Source: Mycolicibacterium smegmatis (GTDB lineage Bacteria; Actinomycetota; Actinomycetes; Mycobacteriales; Mycobacteriaceae). From it: a stretch of DNA of 32,000 nucleotides. The position numbers and the translations under genes are program-made. Below are positions 29,486 to 32,000 of the stretch, piece after piece (positions within the stretch are counted from its first letter, which is position 1; each line of letters opens with the position of its first letter). The stretch is taken from assembly GCF_001457595.1 (NCBI RefSeq), contig NZ_LN831039.1, positions 3,930,001-3,962,000 of the forward strand. The letters are read 5' to 3'. A model generated the notes under the pieces. The model saw only the letters and a list, made by a program, of their open reading frames with translations. It did not search any database and was not told the origin of the DNA.

Positions 29486-30337
29486 TCAGATACGGCCGCG
29501 GCCGAAGTAGATCTCCTGCGTGGCAGAACACACCAGTTCGCCCGACCGGTTGTACATCGTGCCCGAGGCAAGGCCGCGCCCGTGAATACCGCTGGGCGAC
29601 ACCTGGTCTGACAGAACCCAATCCGACAGGTCCGCGGGCCGCTGGAACCACACCGTGTGGTCGATCAGCGCCGAGAACGCCGTGGCCTGCGTCGTGCGCC
29701 GCATCGTCACCGTGGTCTCCAGCAACGACGTACCCGATGCGTAGGTGAGCACACAGCAGTTGAGCACCGGATCGTTCGGAATCGATTCGGCTGGGCGCCA
29801 CCACATCCGGGTGCGTTCCGGAGGTTCGGGCTGATCGAGCGCCAGGCGCGGCGGCGCATCCACGTAGCGCCGCTCGATCCACTGCGGTTTCACCCAGAAG
29901 CCGTCGAGTTCGTCGGCGTAGTCGCTCAGCAACTCACCGACCGACGGCAGGTCCTCGGGTGCGGGGACGTCGGGCATCGGCTGGTGGTAGTCGACCGTGT
30001 CCGCCGTGTCGCTCAGCGAGACCAGGGCCTCGAGCAGCACCTCATCCCCTTGCCGGGCAATCACGCGACGGGTCGACAGCATCCCGCCGTCGCGCATGTT
30101 CATCACCTGCATCTCCACCGGGTACCGCGCGTCGCCGGCCCGTAGCAGATAGACGTGCAGGCTGTTGGGAACCCGCCCGGCCGCGGTGCGGCTCGCCGCC
30201 ATCAGGGCCTGGGCAGATATGTGGCCACCGATGATGTGGTGCGCCTCGTTGTCGATCTGGGTCGCGACGAACATGTCGTGACCACAGTCGGTGATGTCGA
30301 GCGTCGCCAGGACGTCAGCTAATTGCGGCAAGGGCAC
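29486..30337 (-). CDS. tesB: Acyl-CoA thioesterase II (TesB-like)
   Basis: 'GGHISAQALMAASRTAAGRVPNSLHVYLLRAGDARYPVEMQVMNMRDGGMLSTRRVIARQ...LIDHTVWFQRPADLSDWVLSDQVSPSGIHGRGLASGTMYNRSGELVCSATQE'. GTG start at 30337 inferred. Confidence 0.92.
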   Translation of the reverse strand: MPLPQLADVLATLDITDCGHDMFVATQIDNEAHHIIGGHISAQALMAASRTAAGRVPNSLHVYLLRAGDARYPVEMQVMNMRDGGMLSTRRVIARQGDEVLLEALVSLSDTADTVDYHQPMPDVPAPEDLPSVGELLSDYADELDGFWVKPQWIERRYVDAPPRLALDQPEPPERTRMWWRPAESIPNDPVLNCCVLTYASGTSLLETTVTMRRTTQATAFSALIDHTVWFQRPADLSDWVLSDQVSPSGIHGRGLASGTMYNRSGELVCSATQEIYFGRGRI

Positions 30338-30530
30338 TGCAGCATTATTCGGGTCATGCCCGCGTGGTGCGCGGCGGGGTCTCCGTGCGCTCGATCGTCC
30401 AGCAATCGCAGCATGGTCAGGGCCATGCCGTCGCGCACCAGCCGGCGCGGTTCGGTCAGGTCGAAGCCCAGCTTTGCGCCGAGGTGTTCGACCCGGCGCG
30501 CGACGCTGCGCGGGGCGTTTCGGCTGTTTC
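30319..30530 (-). pseudogene. Remnant of a regulator C-terminus (PucR-type HTH-like)
   Basis: 'RNAPRSVARRVEHLGAKLGFDLTEPRRLVRDGMALTMLRLLDDR' resembles the C-terminal helical region of PucR/CdaR regulators; no N-terminal domain upstream in frame. Confidence 0.4.
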
Positions 30531-30697
30531 TGCCTGACGAGCAGACCGGTGTGTCGGAGGATCCGGTACCGGTGCACTCGGGAACGGCTGCGGTCATCCC
30601 GCGGGGTCGGCGGCATCGGATCGAAGTCGACGAACCCTGCGAGATCCTGGCCTTCACGGCCAGACCGGGAACGCGGTTGGCGAAGCTCGGGGCATGA
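30520..30697 (+). pseudogene. Remnant of a cupin-domain protein (3' end only)
   Basis: 'FRLFLPDEQTGVSEDPVPVHSGTAAVIPRGRRHRIEVDEPCEILAFTARPGTRLAKLGA' resembles the second half of a cupin; upstream in-frame sequence is Arg/Ser-rich and non-cupin-like. Confidence 0.5.
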
Positions 30698-30699
30698 AT

Positions 30700-30742
30700 G
30701 ACGAACGCTCTCCTGCGAGCATGCCGCAGGAGAGCGTTCGTC
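30700..30742 (-). terminator. 17-bp perfect hairpin downstream of tRNA-Cys
   Basis: GACGAACGCTCTCCTGC-N9-GCAGGAGAGCGTTCGTC, beginning 5 nt after the tRNA discriminator base; no T-tract. Confidence 0.7.
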
Positions 30743-30747
30743 TGTCG

Positions 30748-30818
30748 AGCGAGTGACGGGACTCGAACCCGTGTAGACGGCTTTGCAGGCCGCTGCCTAG
30801 CCACTCAGCCACACCCGC
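30748..30818 (-). tRNA. tRNA-Cys (anticodon GCA)
   Basis: Minus strand GCGGGTGTGGCTGAGTGGCTAGGCAGCGGCCTGCAAAGCCGTCTACACGGGTTCGAGTCCCGTCACTCGCT: acceptor stem GCGGGTG/CACTCGC, anticodon loop CTGCAAA, T-loop GTTCGAG. CCA not encoded. Confidence 0.95.
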
Positions 30819-31001
30819 AGCATGTCTCACCTTGCCTGTGAACGTTCAAGTGCTCCAGCGTTTGGATCGCCGTGATTGCATCTCGCGCCGGTGACTGGCG
30901 CACGCTCGCGGTCGCCGAGCGTTCGCCGAGTGCTGACGAAATGCGGTGTGTCGGGGTGCAGACGCGCACGGTCGCGGTGCAGAGTGACGCTTCGCACTTG
31001 C

Positions 31002-31033
31002 TCGCTCACTCAGTCACTCACTCACTTACTCAG
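31002..31033. repeat. Degenerate tetranucleotide tandem repeat, 8 units
   Basis: TCGC TCAC TCAG TCAC TCAC TCAC TTAC TCAG on + strand. Confidence 0.85.
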
Positions 31034-32000
31034 CGGACGGCGCGGATCGAGGCGAGGGTGCCTGCGACGGCGAGGACGGCGAAGGCCGCGAACAGCCAGG
31101 TGGCGGACGAGGGGTTGCCGACGTTGACGAGATTGACCACCACACCGGCCAATCCGGCGCCGAAGGCACCGCAGATCAACTGGACCGTGTTGATCGCGGC
31201 GGCGGCAGCGGGGCCCTCGGCGGGATCGTCGACGCTGCTCATCGCCCACGCCGACAGGTGTGGCCAGGCGATGCCGATGCCTGCGCCGGTGACCAGCAGC
31301 GCGAGGGCCCACAGCACCACGAGCCAGACCGGCATGCCGTTGCGCACCAGCACGGCACCCGCCGCCAGGCCCAGCGCCATCACCAGCGGGGCGACGGCGA
31401 CCATGCGCCGGATGACCTTGCGGTTCTGCAGTGAGGCGCTTGCGATCTCGCCGAACGTCCACCCGACCGAGAGCACCGCGCCGAAGAACCCGGCCACCAC
31501 GGGCGTCATGTGCGCCAGCCGCTGACCGAACAACGGCACGTACATGTCGACCATCGTGGCGGCCATCAGCACACCCAGGCTCATGTAGATCCACTTGAGT
31601 GGGCCAGGCCCGAATGTGCTGGGCGGCAGGACCGATGCGCCCGCGCGCCGGTCGACGACGATGAATGCCACCACGAGAGCGACACCGACGAGCAGCAGGG
31701 CGGCCGTGCCGCGCGGATCGTGCGGGATGCCCGCGACACTGACCGCCATGGCCGCGGATCCGAGCAGTACCAGCGACCACACCGGAATCCCCGGCGGCAC
31801 AAGGGTATCGCTCCCCCGCCCGGGCAGTGCGAGGGGAACCAGCACGGCCATCGCCGCGGTGAGGATCACCAGCACGCCGAACGCCCACCGCCACGAACCG
31901 TACTGCGCGAACAGACCGCCGGATGCCGGGCCGACCACGGTGCCGACACCCCACATCGCGGACACCAGCGCAGATGCCTTGGTCCACAACGTGTTCGGCA
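31030..32000 (-). CDS. MFS transporter, C-terminal part (5' end beyond the window)
   Basis: 'SALVSAMWGVGTVVGPASGGLFAQYGSWRWAFGVLVILTAAMAVLVPLALP' (typical MFS TM5/TM6 region) and multiple further TM helices. Confidence 0.9.
   Translation of the reverse strand, partial: PNTLWTKASALVSAMWGVGTVVGPASGGLFAQYGSWRWAFGVLVILTAAMAVLVPLALPGRGSDTLVPPGIPVWSLVLLGSAAMAVSVAGIPHDPRGTAALLLVGVALVVAFIVVDRRAGASVLPPSTFGPGPLKWIYMSLGVLMAATMVDMYVPLFGQRLAHMTPVVAGFFGAVLSVGWTFGEIASASLQNRKVIRRMVAVAPLVMALGLAAGAVLVRNGMPVWLVVLWALALLVTGAGIGIAWPHLSAWAMSSVDDPAEGPAAAAAINTVQLICGAFGAGLAGVVVNLVNVGNPSSATWLFAAFAVLAVAGTLASIRAVR

Noticed and set aside
30819-31009. Short ORFs on both strands between tRNA-Cys and the MFS gene (e.g. 30827-31009 -)
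   Set aside because: No recognisable domain, start context or promoter; cannot be supported as coding.

Overview
High-GC actinobacterial chromosome segment whose gene content and order look mycobacterial (M. smegmatis-like, by inference). Read left to right it holds five parts. (1) An acyl-CoA dehydrogenase 3' end. (2) A catabolic cluster, ~0.7-7.9 kb: RidA, IclR regulator, PfkB/KDG-type kinase (minus) and fold-III PLP deaminase, N-acyl-D-amino-acid deacylase, KDPG-aldolase-like protein, GntP permease (plus). (3) The translation block tsnR/rplT/rpmI/infC, with a structured infC leader and an apparent ATC start codon, then a DUF1844-like gene, lysX and a membrane-anchored esterase. (4) An accessory-looking block, ~15.4-21.3 kb, of uncharacterised genes. 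It includes a TPR-like protein translationally coupled to a CHAT (caspase-like) protease with candidate His/Cys catalytic residues, a small membrane-anchored ORF, and two coupled genes with no recognisable domain. This is the best candidate here for an undescribed system. (5) A 19-kDa-type lipoprotein, winged-helix protein, SDR, F420-type oxidoreductase, uvrA (with a strong RecA-NDp/PafBC-type promoter match), MBL-fold protein, universal stress protein, TesB thioesterase, two apparent gene remnants, tRNA-Cys and the 3' part of an MFS transporter. No CRISPR array, transposase or integrase was seen. All family assignments come from reading the sequence; no database search was run.
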